A stretch of 64,000 bases of DNA from an uncultured delta proteobacterium (GTDB taxonomy: Bacteria > Desulfobacterota > Desulfuromonadia > Geobacterales > DSM-12255): contig CAWBBV010000011.1 of assembly GCA_963787125.1 (NCBI GenBank), forward strand, positions 224,001 to 288,000. Direction: 5' to 3'. The notes beneath the pieces are model-generated. The model was not told the DNA's origin and ran no database searches. It was given only the letters and a program-made list of their open reading frames with translations. The position numbers were made by a program, and so were the translations under genes. Below are positions 23,174-33,704 of the stretch, piece after piece. Positions within the stretch are counted from its first letter, which is position 1. Each line of letters opens with the position of its first letter.

Positions 23174-24505
23174 TTACAGCGCCTTGACCGCGGCAATATA
23201 ACGCTCTGCCCGCTCTTCATAATCGCGGAACATATCAAAGCTTGAGCAGGCCGGTGACATCAACACCGTGCCGCCGCCAGCGGTAATTTCACCGGCGAGT
23301 TTCACTGCTTCTTCCATAGACGCCGCTCTTCGGGTATCGGTAAGACCACCAAGCTCAGCAGCCATCCGCTCCGCCGCCTCGCCAATCAGGACAAGGTGAC
23401 GCACCCGCTCTTTCACAAGCGGCACAAGCGGAGCGTATGAGCCACCCTTATCCTTACCCCCGGCAATCAGGGTGATATTTTCAAAGCTCTCCAGAGCCTT
23501 TACCACGCTGCCGACATTAGTCGCCTTACTGTCCTCGTAGTAACTTACCCCGCTAACTTCCCGGACAAACTCCATCCGGTGATGCAGCGCTCCGAAATCG
23601 CGGACGCAGACAAAGCTCTCTTCGGGACGGCAGCCGAGAAGAAGCGAGCAGGCAAGTGCCGCCATGATATTTTCGAGATTGTGAACCCCTTTGAGGCGAA
23701 AATCAGCGGTCGGGAAACGTGCTTCAGTCCCGTCATGCCGGTAGATGATTTCTTCGCCCTTACAGAAGACGCCTTCATCCAGCTCGTATCTCCTGCTGAA
23801 AGGGAATACTTTTGCAGTCAGTTTTTGGGCATACTGCCAGACAAGCGGATCATCCATATTAAGAACAGCAAAATCCATTTCCGTCTGGTTCTCGAAAATT
23901 CTCAGCTTTGCGTCAATGTAATCCTGATACGACCCATAGCGATCAAGATGATCTTCGCTGATATTGAGCAGCGCCGCCACCTTGGGCCGGAAGCTTTTAA
24001 TCCACTCCAGCTGGAATGAGCTGATTTCGGCAACAACCCGCTCTGCTTGTGAATCCGCCTCTATCAGGGGGTCGCCGATATTGCCGCCAACATAGGTTTC
24101 AAAACCGTTGGCTCTGAAAATTTCACCGCAAAGAGTCGTTGTGGTTGTTTTTCCGTTCGTACCGGTAATGGCTACCAACGGCGAAGTTATAAATCTGCTC
24201 GCCAGCTCAATCTCGCTGACAATCTCCCGATCTGCAGCTTTGGCGAGTAACAGCAGCGGATGATCCATAGGGACACCCGGGGAGACCACGATCAACTCCG
24301 CCGCGAGGAAATCCGTCTCCTCATGTCGTCCGAGAACAAACCTTACCCCAAGTCCGTCAAGTTCTGCCAGAACCTCGGCCAATGCAGTTTCGTCCCGCAT
24401 ATCGGTTGCGGTTACAGCTGCGCCTTGAGCCGCCAGCAATCGGCAGCAGGCAACACCGGTTCGCGCCAGTCCCATGACAAGAATTTTTTTGCCTGAAACG
24501 TTCAA
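23174..24505 (-). CDS. murD: UDP-MurNAc-L-Ala-D-glutamate ligase
   Basis: [29 protein letters not shown]. Confidence 0.96.
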   Translation of the reverse strand: MNVSGKKILVMGLARTGVACCRLLAAQGAAVTATDMRDETALAEVLAELDGLGVRFVLGRHEETDFLAAELIVVSPGVPMDHPLLLLAKAADREIVSEIELASRFITSPLVAITGTNGKTTTTTLCGEIFRANGFETYVGGNIGDPLIEADSQAERVVAEISSFQLEWIKSFRPKVAALLNISEDHLDRYGSYQDYIDAKLRIFENQTEMDFAVLNMDDPLVWQYAQKLTAKVFPFSRRYELDEGVFCKGEEIIYRHDGTEARFPTADFRLKGVHNLENIMAALACSLLLGCRPEESFVCVRDFGALHHRMEFVREVSGVSYYEDSKATNVGSVVKALESFENITLIAGGKDKGGSYAPLVPLVKERVRHLVLIGEAAERMAAELGGLTDTRRAASMEEAVKLAGEITAGGGTVLMSPACSSFDMFRDYEERAERYIAAVKAL

Positions 24506-24508
24506 ATT

Positions 24509-25585
24509 CTACCTCAACTTCAGTGTCGATATCGCGACCAGCGCCAGGATTATGGAGATTATCCAGAATCGGACAATGATCTTCGGCTCGGCAACACCCT
24601 TGAGTTCAAAATGGTGATGAATCGGCGCCATCCTGAAGATCCGCTTGCCACGGTACTTATAGGAGCCGACCTGGAAGATTACCGACAGCGCTTCAACAAC
24701 AAATACTCCGCCGACTATTACCAGCAGAATCTCCTGCTTGGTCAACACAGCCAGCGTCCCGAGGCCGCCACCGAGGGAGAGAGAACCGACGTCCCCCATG
24801 AATACTTCGGCCGGATAAGAGTTGTACCAGAGGAAACCGAGTCCGGCGCCCACCATGGCGCCGCAGAGGATGGCAAGCTCTCCGGTGCCGGCGACATAAG
24901 GCATTTGCAGATAGGTAGCAAGCTTGAAATTACCGGCAATATAGGCAAAGATCATATAGGTTGCCGCATTGATCGAAACCGGACCGATGGCAAGCCCATC
25001 GAGCCCGTCCGTCAGATTCACGGCATTGCTTGCCCCGACGATGACAAGTGTAACAAAAGGGATGTAGAACAGGCCAAGATCAGGGTGAAGTTTCTTGAAG
25101 AACGGGAAAAAGAGCTCTTCGGAAAACCCTGGCAGAGCGTAAAGGACTATCCCTACAGCCGCAGCCATCAGCACCTGCCAGAACATTTTCTGCCGCGGGG
25201 TCAGTCCTTTGGGATCTTTCTCCACAACCTTCTTGTAATCGTCCACAAAACCGATAATCCCGTAGCCGCTGATAATGAAGAGCGCCAACCAGATATATTT
25301 GTTGGTCAAATCACTCCAGAGAAGCGTCGGAATGATAATGGACGCCAGTATCAGCACTCCCCCCATGGTCGGAGTTCCCTGCTTCTTCAGATGGGACTCC
25401 GGCCCGTCGGTTCTGATCACCTGCCTTGCCTGCAAGCTTTCAAGCTTGCGAATCACCCAGGGGCCGATGATAAAGGCTACCAACAACGCCGTTATCATGG
25501 CATAGATAGTCCGGAAAGTCAGGTACTTGAATACATTGAAAAGTCTTATATCAGCTGCGAGTGGATATAAAAGATGATAAAGCAT
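24509..25585 (-). CDS. mraY: Phospho-N-acetylmuramoyl-pentapeptide transferase
   Basis: [33 protein letters not shown]. Confidence 0.97.
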   Translation of the reverse strand: MLYHLLYPLAADIRLFNVFKYLTFRTIYAMITALLVAFIIGPWVIRKLESLQARQVIRTDGPESHLKKQGTPTMGGVLILASIIIPTLLWSDLTNKYIWLALFIISGYGIIGFVDDYKKVVEKDPKGLTPRQKMFWQVLMAAAVGIVLYALPGFSEELFFPFFKKLHPDLGLFYIPFVTLVIVGASNAVNLTDGLDGLAIGPVSINAATYMIFAYIAGNFKLATYLQMPYVAGTGELAILCGAMVGAGLGFLWYNSYPAEVFMGDVGSLSLGGGLGTLAVLTKQEILLVIVGGVFVVEALSVIFQVGSYKYRGKRIFRMAPIHHHFELKGVAEPKIIVRFWIISIILALVAISTLKLR

Positions 25586-26991
25586 CAGCTTCTCCCTCCG
25601 GTGTAATCCGCACCACTGAAAATCTCACGCAAAGAGGCTGCGACTCTCTCCATCTTCATTCCTCGTGACCCTTTGACCAGAATGTAGTCTCCATCCAGAT
25701 GGTCTTTAATAATATCCTGTAAAATCTCATCGTGGGAAGCAGCTAAAACAATCTCCCTTTCGGCCAGACCGGCTTCCAATGCAGCTTCAGCAACAATTCG
25801 CCCCATCTCGCCAAATAGATAGAGCCGGTCTACACAGGTTGCGGCCAGATGACCGACATCCCTGTGAGCGGGCAAGCCCTCCTCTCCCAGCTCAAGCATA
25901 TCGCCAAGGACGGCAATGCCGCGGTTCTCCCCTTTTAAACCATTTAAGGTCAAGAGGGCTGCGCCCGCAGAGGCCGGATTTGAGTTGTAGCTGTCATCAA
26001 TCAGAACTATCGCTCCCAGATCAGCCAGTTTAAAGCGCTTGTCAAAAGGGGTGAAGGCTTCAAGTCCGGCAACTATCCTATCAAGAGGAATACCGAGTGA
26101 ATCGGCTGCTGCGGCGGCGGCCAGAGCATTATAGATATTGTGCAGACCGAAAGCCGGGAGCAACAGACGAGCTGCTTGTTCGCCGATTTTCAGGGTGAAG
26201 CTCTGCCCCTGATTTCCGCGCGGCTTGATATCCAGTGCGGTTATCTCCGCGCCGTGCAGTCCGAAACCGCGCCGTGAAACCCCTGGCGGAGTTTTGCAGG
26301 CCGAGATAAGCGCATCATCAGCATTATAGATGGCGGTCGCGCCTGTCGACAGCCGCAAGAACAGCTCACCCTTGGCTCTTGCTACTCCTGCCACGCTCCC
26401 CATACTGGCGAGATGGGCGGGGAAGGCATTAGTGATGATGCCGATCTGCGGCGCAGCTATCTCCGCCAGACGATCAATCTCACCGAATTCGCTCATCCCC
26501 ATCTCGAACACCGCCCACTTGTAATCTCCTTTAAGCTGAAAGACCATTTGGGGCAGACCGATCAGATTATTGAGATTGCCGGATGTTTTCAGCCCTTCAC
26601 CAGTTGCAGTCAGAATGGCTGACAGCATCTCCTTGGTGGTTGTTTTGCCGTTGCTGCCGGTTATACCGATCACAGGCAACGAAAAGCGGCGTCGATACGC
26701 GCGGGCAAGATCGCCCAGTGCAACCAGAGTATCTGCTACCGATATCAGGGTGACATCAGCAGTGAAGGCCAATGAGGCAACCCGGCTATCATTAATCAAG
26801 GCAACCGTAAGCCCTTTTTCAAACAGCCCGCCAAGGTAGTCATGCCCATCAAAGCGCTCACCGCTCAGCGGCACAAATAGCTCCTCTGGAAGGGCAGTCC
26901 GTGAATCTGTAGAAACACCTGAAACCCGGCGCTCCCATGAGCCGTGAACTTTCCCACCGGTTGCAGCTGCTATTTCGCTAATACTGAACAT
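25585..26991 (-). CDS. murF: UDP-MurNAc-tripeptide-D-Ala-D-Ala ligase
   Basis: [38 protein letters not shown]. Confidence 0.95.
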   Translation of the reverse strand: MFSISEIAAATGGKVHGSWERRVSGVSTDSRTALPEELFVPLSGERFDGHDYLGGLFEKGLTVALINDSRVASLAFTADVTLISVADTLVALGDLARAYRRRFSLPVIGITGSNGKTTTKEMLSAILTATGEGLKTSGNLNNLIGLPQMVFQLKGDYKWAVFEMGMSEFGEIDRLAEIAAPQIGIITNAFPAHLASMGSVAGVARAKGELFLRLSTGATAIYNADDALISACKTPPGVSRRGFGLHGAEITALDIKPRGNQGQSFTLKIGEQAARLLLPAFGLHNIYNALAAAAAADSLGIPLDRIVAGLEAFTPFDKRFKLADLGAIVLIDDSYNSNPASAGAALLTLNGLKGENRGIAVLGDMLELGEEGLPAHRDVGHLAATCVDRLYLFGEMGRIVAEAALEAGLAEREIVLAASHDEILQDIIKDHLDGDYILVKGSRGMKMERVAASLREIFSGADYTGGRS

Positions 26992-28511
26992 TAACCCAAA
27001 CCCCTTAACGCTGCTGCCGCTTCTTCCCGGTCATCAAAGTGATGCTTTGTCGTGCCGATGATCTGGTAGTCTTCATGCCCTTTGCCGGCTAAAAGGAGGA
27101 TATCTCCCGGCCTTGCCAGACTTGCTGCGAGACGGATAGCTTCACGCCGGTTTTCGCAGACAATAAACCCTTTTTTTGTAATACCGCCGCCAAGCTGTGC
27201 CAGTGAATATTCGTGACCCCCACGAGGAATTATCCCCGCCCTTATCTGTGCGAGGATTGCAGCAGGATCTTCCGTTCTGGGATTATCCGAGGTAACCACG
27301 GCAAGATCAGACCACTTGGCCGCTATCGCCCCCATTATCGGGCGCTTACCGTTATCGCGATCACCACCGCAGCCAAAGACTGTAATAATTCTTTCTGTTG
27401 CGATTTCCTTGAGTGTCAAAAGGACATTCTCAAGAGCGTCACCGGTATGGGCATAGTCCACCAGACATATGACACCTCGATTATTTTCAACCAGTTCAAG
27501 CCTGCCGGGAATCGGCAGATGCTCCTCTATCCCGGTTTTTATGGCTGGCAAAGGCAGGTCGAGCGCGACTCCTGCCGCAACTGCTGCCAGAATATTGGAT
27601 AAGTTGAATCTCCCCAGAAGCTTCGAGGAGAATGAAAATCCGCCTTTTGGGGTCTGAATGGTGCCACTGATGCCGTTAACCGAAATGCTCAAGTCAACGC
27701 CATGCACATCGTTTGCGGCCGAGGTCCCATAGGTTATCACCGGACAGACCGCACACGCTCTGATTTCAGCACCGTAAGGGTCATCCATGTTTACGGCGGC
27801 GCGCCGTACCGGTTTCAGCTGATCAGGTTTGAGCAGTTCCGCAAAAAGTCGCTCTTTTGCCTTTAGATACTCCACCATACTGCCGTGATAGTCGAGGTGG
27901 TCGCGGGTCAGGTTGCTGAATATGCCTACGTCAAAATGACAGCCATCAACTCTTTTCTGCTCCAGCGAGTGGGAAGAGACCTCCATTACAAAGGACTTTG
28001 CGCCCACATCAGCCAGCTTTCTCAGCGCCGCCTGCAGGTCGGTTGATTCAGGGGTTGTATGGGTTGATTCGATATGAAAGTCGCCGCAGCGGTAGCTGAT
28101 AGTGCCCAGCACGGCTGCTGGGAGTCCGGCTGCCGCCAGCACTCCTTCGAGCAGATACGTTGTTGTGGTTTTACCGTTTGTCCCGGTAATGCCTATCAGC
28201 GGCGCTGAAGCGGTCGGATCGCCATAAAATACCGCCGCCGCCTTTGCCATGGCAAGCCTTGTGTCAGCAGTCTTGACCGTCACAGCCCCGGGAGTAATTG
28301 CGCCGTCAGCTTCCACAACCAGAGCAACAGCCCCGTTGATTAAAGCTGACGGAATAAAAGCATGCCCGTCAACTGACGCCCCTTTCAGGGCAAAAAAGAG
28401 CCCGCCAGGCTTTACCGTGCGGGAGTCGTAATGAATTCCGGAGATTTCAGGATCGGAACTGCCGTTAATCTTCTCGTATTTAATGGACTGCAGCAGTTCG
28501 GATAGTTTCAT
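26991..28511 (-). CDS. murE: UDP-MurNAc-dipeptide-diaminopimelate ligase
   Basis: [24 protein letters not shown] (DAP-type motif), AGKGHEDYQ. Confidence 0.96.
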   Translation of the reverse strand: MKLSELLQSIKYEKINGSSDPEISGIHYDSRTVKPGGLFFALKGASVDGHAFIPSALINGAVALVVEADGAITPGAVTVKTADTRLAMAKAAAVFYGDPTASAPLIGITGTNGKTTTTYLLEGVLAAAGLPAAVLGTISYRCGDFHIESTHTTPESTDLQAALRKLADVGAKSFVMEVSSHSLEQKRVDGCHFDVGIFSNLTRDHLDYHGSMVEYLKAKERLFAELLKPDQLKPVRRAAVNMDDPYGAEIRACAVCPVITYGTSAANDVHGVDLSISVNGISGTIQTPKGGFSFSSKLLGRFNLSNILAAVAAGVALDLPLPAIKTGIEEHLPIPGRLELVENNRGVICLVDYAHTGDALENVLLTLKEIATERIITVFGCGGDRDNGKRPIMGAIAAKWSDLAVVTSDNPRTEDPAAILAQIRAGIIPRGGHEYSLAQLGGGITKKGFIVCENRREAIRLAASLARPGDILLLAGKGHEDYQIIGTTKHHFDDREEAAAALRGLG

Positions 28512-28532
28512 GTCTTCAACCTTTTTATTTTT

Positions 28533-30515
28533 TCATGCCGATGGTGCCAACCTGACCCAGACGGGATCGGTGGGGTTTATTTTCCTTCCTGGCGGCGGAC
28601 TCTGTTCAATGACTCTGCCGCTGCCTATCAGGCGGATGTTCAGCCCTTTCTTCTCCATCTGCTGAAGGACTTGCCGCATACTCATCCCGCGGTAATTTGC
28701 CATTAACAGCCCGCCGGCCTGCTGGTTCTCCTGAGTAACCTCTTCCTCTTCCTCGGCAGCAATTGCAATCTTCGGCGCCTCTTTCTTTACTTCTATAACG
28801 CCAGGCTTCTTTTTAAGCGGCTGATTGGGAGAAACCCGCAAATAGCAAAGACTCTGCCTGGCTATGGCACTAAAAGCAGGCGCTGCTACCACCCCGCCGT
28901 AAGAGCTTGTTCTCGGCTCGTCCACAACCACAATAATCGCCAGCCTCGGCTTATCCGAAGGGATAAAGCCGGCAAATGAGGCTGTCCGCTTGTCCAGTGA
29001 ATACCCCTTTGTCACCGGGTCTGCCTTCTGGGCCGTACCGGTCTTCCCGGCGACCTTGAAACCATCGACAGATGCGGCTGTGCCTGTACCGCCTTCGGCA
29101 ACAACCCCTTCCATAATTCTCGCCATAATTGCAGCAGTTTCCGGCGAAATAACCTTCTGTTTGCTTACCGGTGAGAACTGCTTAACAGGGTTCCCTTTGG
29201 CATCTATGACTTTATCCACCACGTATGGCTGCATCAGGGTTCCGCCGTTAGCTATGGCAGACATGGCGGATACCAGTTGCAGAGCACTGATAGAGATACC
29301 CTGACCGAATGAGATCGTTGCAAGGTCAACTCCGTACCATTGACTTTTACTCCGCAAATAACCTGAAACTTCTCCAGGGAGGTCAATATTGCTCTTTACG
29401 CCGAAACCGAAGCCACGTAAATAGCTGTAAAGTCTCTCCGGTCCTAGCCGCGCACCGATCTTGGCAGCACCGATATTGCTGGAATATTTGAGAACTTCCG
29501 CCACTGACAAGCGTCCGTATCTGTGGGTATCATGGATAGTCCGACCGCCAATATTGTAACTGCCGTTTTCACAGTTGAAGGCGTCATCTGCCTTTACAGC
29601 CTTTTCTTCCAACGCTGCAGCAATGAGAAACACCTTCATTGTAGACCCTGGTTCAAAGCTGTCGGTTATCGCCCTGTTTCTGAGTGCTTGCGGTGAAAAC
29701 TTCCCGAACGAATTAGGATTAAAAGTCGGGTAGTTCGCCATAGCCAGCACTTTGCCGGAGGACGGGTCCATAACTACGGCAACTCCGCCTTTTGCCTTAC
29801 TGGACTCAACTGCTGCAGCCAACTCCTTCTCGGCTATGTACTGAATGTTTTTGTCTATCGTCAAGACAAGATTTTGTCCGGTAGAGGCATTCTTGGTCAT
29901 CATGCCGCGGGTGCCGATATCCCGGCCAAGAGCATCGCGCTCAGTTACCATAAAGCCGGTGTTGCCTAGCAAAGTGCTGTCAAACTTCCGTTCGACACCT
30001 TCCAGACCTTCGGGGTCAAGACCGGTAAAGCCGATAACATGACTACCTATCTCGGCATTTGGATAAAAACGCTTCGGCTCTTTGATAAAGCCGATGCCAT
30101 CTATTTCCAGTTTCCTGATCTGTGCTGCGACTTCCGGAGTAAGCCGGCGAGCCAGCCAGACAAACCCCTTGCTCCCTTTCAGCTTCTTCTCAAGGAGCTC
30201 TTTACTGCTGCCAAGAAGGGGCGCAAGCTGGGCTGCGGCTGCGGCGAGATCATCCATATTGCGAGGTTCGGCAAAGAGTGAATCCATCTCTATTGATACT
30301 GCCAGAGCTGAATTGGTGGCGTCGTAAATTGCTCCACGGGATGGGGTAAGCTGAACGACTTTAAGATGCTGCTTTTCCGCTAAATGGGCAAAGCGCTCCT
30401 GCTCGTATATCTGTAGATAAAACGCCCGTGCAACGGAAACGGATAGTAGCAGGATAAATATTCCACCGATAAAGCGGATCCTGTACCGCGTCCATTTGTC
30501 CCGATCATCCCTCAC
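28533..30515 (-). CDS. ftsI: Penicillin-binding protein 3 with C-terminal PASTA-like domain
   Basis: EPGSTMK (SxxK), SSN, KTGTAQK. Confidence 0.94.
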   Translation of the reverse strand: MRDDRDKWTRYRIRFIGGIFILLLSVSVARAFYLQIYEQERFAHLAEKQHLKVVQLTPSRGAIYDATNSALAVSIEMDSLFAEPRNMDDLAAAAAQLAPLLGSSKELLEKKLKGSKGFVWLARRLTPEVAAQIRKLEIDGIGFIKEPKRFYPNAEIGSHVIGFTGLDPEGLEGVERKFDSTLLGNTGFMVTERDALGRDIGTRGMMTKNASTGQNLVLTIDKNIQYIAEKELAAAVESSKAKGGVAVVMDPSSGKVLAMANYPTFNPNSFGKFSPQALRNRAITDSFEPGSTMKVFLIAAALEEKAVKADDAFNCENGSYNIGGRTIHDTHRYGRLSVAEVLKYSSNIGAAKIGARLGPERLYSYLRGFGFGVKSNIDLPGEVSGYLRSKSQWYGVDLATISFGQGISISALQLVSAMSAIANGGTLMQPYVVDKVIDAKGNPVKQFSPVSKQKVISPETAAIMARIMEGVVAEGGTGTAASVDGFKVAGKTGTAQKADPVTKGYSLDKRTASFAGFIPSDKPRLAIIVVVDEPRTSSYGGVVAAPAFSAIARQSLCYLRVSPNQPLKKKPGVIEVKKEAPKIAIAAEEEEEVTQENQQAGGLLMANYRGMSMRQVLQQMEKKGLNIRLIGSGRVIEQSPPPGRKINPTDPVWVRLAPSA

Positions 30516-30850
30516 TTTACCTGCACCACCTGCTGCTCGGTTGGTAACGACATCCCCAGTTCACCTTTTGCCAGTGTTTCTATCCGTGCCGGCATCTTCA
30601 GCGAGGCAACTTCCAGCTTTAATCGCCCCTGCTCCTGCTCCTGGCTCTTGAGTTCGCGGCGCAACTCACCGACCTTGAGATTAAGATCCATCACCTTGAC
30701 CCGTGACCAGACATGGAAAACTGAGACAGTGGTAACTATAACAATGATCCCGATTATGTAGACAAGGAGATCATTCTTTTCCTCATTAGCTGCGGCATCA
30801 AAGCGTCTCGGATCTGCTACCTTGTCCATTGTTGCCCGAATATTTGCCAT
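30512..30850 (-). CDS. ftsL: Cell division protein FtsL
   Basis: Single TM plus coiled coil, RIETLAKGELGM; lies between rsmH and ftsI. Confidence 0.85.
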   Translation of the reverse strand: MANIRATMDKVADPRRFDAAANEEKNDLLVYIIGIIVIVTTVSVFHVWSRVKVMDLNLKVGELRRELKSQEQEQGRLKLEVASLKMPARIETLAKGELGMSLPTEQQVVQVK

Positions 30851-30862
30851 AGCTCCCTCCGG

Positions 30863-31801
30863 CTAAAGTTTTTCTACTGCGCGCAGCTTTGCACTTCTTG
30901 ACCGCGGGTTATTTGCCAGCTCCTCGGCTCCAGCCATAACCGGTTTTCCCGTAAGAATCCTGACCTCCGGTTTGTGGTTACAAACGCAAACCGGAAAACC
31001 TTTGGGGCAGACACATCCGGCAGACATACCGCGAAACATCTGTTTTACAATTCTGTCTTCGAGGGAGTGGAAAGAGATCACAACTCCGCGACCACCCGGT
31101 TTTAGTAGCTTCACTGCTGCTGTCAGCCCTTTTTCAAGACTTGCGAGTTCATCGTTGACCGCGATTCTAAGACCCTGAAATGTCCGGGTAGCCGGATGTA
31201 ACCGCTCTTCCCAGGCGTTGCGCGGGATGGCGCCCTTTATCAGCTCGGCTAACTGAAAGGTTGTCTCGATAGGACTTTCTTCTCTCGCTTTACAGATAAA
31301 CGCCGCAATTCTGCCTGCCCAGCGCTCTTCACCATAATCTCTTATTATCTTTGCCAACTCGCCGTGCGACAACTCTGCAAGCAGTTCCGCAGCGCTTGGG
31401 CTGTTCTCCCGATCCATCCGCATGTCCAGAGGAGCATCCTTTTGAAAACTAAAGCCGCGCTCTGCCGTATCGAGCTGATGCGATGAAACCCCCAAGTCAA
31501 GCAGGAAGCCGTCTATGCCGGTAACGCCGTATTCAGCAAGCGCAGCTTCCATCTCGGAAAAATTACTGTTTACCGCGATGAAACCAGAACCGAAAGCCGC
31601 CAGTGAAACGGTTGCAGCCTGGATAGCAGCAAGGTCACGATCAAAGCCGTAGAGGCTGCCGTTTACCCCGGCGGCCTCAAGGATAAGGGCTGAATGACCG
31701 CCACCGCCGAGAGTTCCGTCAACATAGGTACCTGAACTAACAGGGGCCAGATATTTCATCACCTCAGCCGGCAATACCGGAATATGACTGAAAGTAGCCA
31801 C
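30863..31801 (-). CDS. rsmH: 16S rRNA m4C1402 methyltransferase
   Basis: [40 protein letters not shown]. Confidence 0.96.
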   Translation of the reverse strand: MATFSHIPVLPAEVMKYLAPVSSGTYVDGTLGGGGHSALILEAAGVNGSLYGFDRDLAAIQAATVSLAAFGSGFIAVNSNFSEMEAALAEYGVTGIDGFLLDLGVSSHQLDTAERGFSFQKDAPLDMRMDRENSPSAAELLAELSHGELAKIIRDYGEERWAGRIAAFICKAREESPIETTFQLAELIKGAIPRNAWEERLHPATRTFQGLRIAVNDELASLEKGLTAAVKLLKPGGRGVVISFHSLEDRIVKQMFRGMSAGCVCPKGFPVCVCNHKPEVRILTGKPVMAGAEELANNPRSRSAKLRAVEKL

Positions 31802-32283
31802 TAAAGTCCCAGTTCCGCGGCAGCTTCACTCCCGGAAGGGAAGTTTCTGATATTCTGCACCTGAACCTTCTCCCATTCGCTCTGACTCCAGATTTTTATC
31901 TTATCCATCGCCGCGACAAAGAGAACATCGCGTTCAAGCGCAGCATTTTTCCTTAAGTGAGGAGGCACAAGGAATCTGCCAAGCTTATCGACCGAAAGCT
32001 CCACCGCCGGATTGATGATAATATTGATGATGCTTTCCCTCTGGGCAGGAGTGAGTCCACGGCTGTCCTGGAATCTCTCCTCAAAGAGCGAAAACTCTTT
32101 ATGAGGGAAGATAAGGAGGCCGGAACTGTGAATTCCACCGCCAAGATCGACTGGTGAGGAGTTGGTAAGAAAGAAACGGTCATCGCCAAAGCTCTCGACG
32201 AGAATCTCCCGAAACCTTGCCGGCAGGCTGGTACGCCCCTTGCCATCTATGGTTGTCGGATAAACTCCTCTAAACTTTGCCAC
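31801..32283 (-). CDS. mraZ: Transcriptional regulator MraZ (GTG start)
   Basis: FRG..IDGKGR..LPARFR and a second DKLGR repeat; first gene of the dcw cluster. Confidence 0.9.
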   Translation of the reverse strand: MAKFRGVYPTTIDGKGRTSLPARFREILVESFGDDRFFLTNSSPVDLGGGIHSSGLLIFPHKEFSLFEERFQDSRGLTPAQRESIINIIINPAVELSVDKLGRFLVPPHLRKNAALERDVLFVAAMDKIKIWSQSEWEKVQVQNIRNFPSGSEAAAELGL

Positions 32284-32313
32284 TCTTAGCCACCATTTCC
32301 CACTATTTTCCAC
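32279..32313 (-). promoter_or_regulatory. Four GTGGN direct repeats at 10-nt period: probable MraZ operator
   Basis: Minus strand reads GTGGA-AAATA-GTGGG-AAATG-GTGGC-TAAGA-GTGGC. Confidence 0.8.
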
Positions 32314-32324
32314 TTCGTGGGAAA

Positions 32325-32353
32325 ACTATAAAGGGGGTCAATGTAGCTGTCAA
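32325..32353 (-). promoter_or_regulatory. Sigma70 promoter of the dcw operon
   Basis: TTGACA-17 nt-TATAGT on the minus strand. Confidence 0.8.
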
Positions 32354-32407
32354 GTTAAAATGCCGGTTTGTTAAAGCTTTTTACAAAAAATGAGAAGCGC
32401 TTCGGAC

Positions 32408-32446
32408 AAAAAAGAAACGGGCCCTTTTTTGTAAAAGGCCCGTTTC
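32408..32446 (-). terminator. Intrinsic terminator upstream of the dcw promoter
   Basis: GAAACGGGCC / GGCCCGTTTC stem with a T tail on the minus strand. Confidence 0.7.
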
Positions 32447-32480
32447 CAGATAGCGCTATAAATGGTATTTATTAATGAGG

Positions 32481-32831
32481 CTATTTTTTCTTTTTTCGAT
32501 CCAGCAGAGAGACGACTTTAGGTCGCTCCGTTTCACTGCCCCCTGTTGCATTTGCAGCCGGCGTAACCTGAGTTGTTGCTTCTGCTTCGCGATGAATTAC
32601 GGGAGATTCAATCTTCTCCAGCAACAGCGGCGTCCCCCCCATTGTAAAAGAGGCACCGTCAATCTGGCTCTCATCAAGTATCCATGTGTAGACCTGCAGA
32701 GGAAAAGTCAGCACCAGCAGTTTAACCACCCACCAGCCTCTTTTAACATCAGGAGAAATGTCATCGATTCTGGCATAAAATCCGGGTTTATTGTCAACAT
32801 GCACTAGTACAAGATCGTTTATTGTCGCCAT
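32481..32831 (-). CDS. Hypothetical protein
   Basis: GAGG SD before ATG 32831 (MATINDLVLV...); protein-like composition; followed by a terminator. Confidence 0.7.
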   Translation of the reverse strand: MATINDLVLVHVDNKPGFYARIDDISPDVKRGWWVVKLLVLTFPLQVYTWILDESQIDGASFTMGGTPLLLEKIESPVIHREAEATTQVTPAANATGGSETERPKVVSLLDRKKKK

Positions 32832-32841
32832 AATATCCTCA

Positions 32842-33384
32842 TTAACTTTTGACGTTGAAAAGCGAAGCGCCTGAATCAAGCGCTCTTTGGTAAGTAATCA
32901 GAAGTCCGTTAGCAAAGCGGTTGCCAAGCAACTGCTCGAACTCTTCGTAAAGCTGTCGAAGTCTCACTTCAATCAGGGCAAGCTCTTCCTTGCCCTGCCT
33001 GTTCAAACAGTTTTCCAATAAGTCGCAAATAAAGATCACGCAGTTGAACGGGCGGAAAGCAGGTGTCATCAGGCAACTGCAGCCGCCAATATAGGGGCAG
33101 ACTGGATTTTCGAAAGAAGGTTTGAAAAGCTCTTGTCCGGTTGACAGGTATGCTATCAAGTCAACTGCTGTGAAATGATGCTTGCCGAAGCGGCAGCAGA
33201 GCCCAGCGCACTCCGAACATAACCGCTCAGCGTCAGACAGGGTGATTAAAGTCTGGTGAGCGACCTTCAATGTTCTGATTTCAGCGGAAAGTACGGAAAG
33301 TTTCTGTTTAAGAGCCGACGGCAGAGCGTTGTAGTCAATTTTGACTTGCTCCAGCGCGGCAGACCATAACTGCAAATCCGTCAC
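32842..33384 (-). CDS. Cys-rich protein (CxxCxxxCC, YkgJ-like metal/Fe-S binding)
   Basis: CSECAGLCC, CPYIGGCSC, RPFNCVIFIC; GGAG SD before GTG. Confidence 0.7.
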   Translation of the reverse strand: MTDLQLWSAALEQVKIDYNALPSALKQKLSVLSAEIRTLKVAHQTLITLSDAERLCSECAGLCCRFGKHHFTAVDLIAYLSTGQELFKPSFENPVCPYIGGCSCLMTPAFRPFNCVIFICDLLENCLNRQGKEELALIEVRLRQLYEEFEQLLGNRFANGLLITYQRALDSGASLFNVKS

Positions 33385-33526
33385 TGTTTCTCCATCTATA
33401 CATTTGGTAAGGACGCAGCCAAATTGATAAAATGAGTTTTAAAAGAGGTGCTTGCCATAACCTTAAAAGCTCTGTTTTGACAAAGGGTTTAACTGATAAA
33501 CCGTTCTAAACTCCTGATATAACACT

Positions 33527-33557
33527 GTTCAACACAAAGATATTCTTTGTGTTGAAC
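33527..33557. repeat. Perfect 14-bp inverted repeat in a divergent intergenic region
   Basis: GTTCAACACAAAGA-TAT-TCTTTGTGTTGAAC. Confidence 0.85.
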
Positions 33558-33704
33558 GTCAAGTATGCACATATTTTTTAAATGTGGCAATATTCAATGC
33601 GCGCCCCTTCATTGACACAAACAGAAAATTTTCCTATACTGGCGACTTCCTGTTCCCGGATGCGTGTGACAAAACCAGGCACCACAACCGACAAAGGACT
33701 CAAC

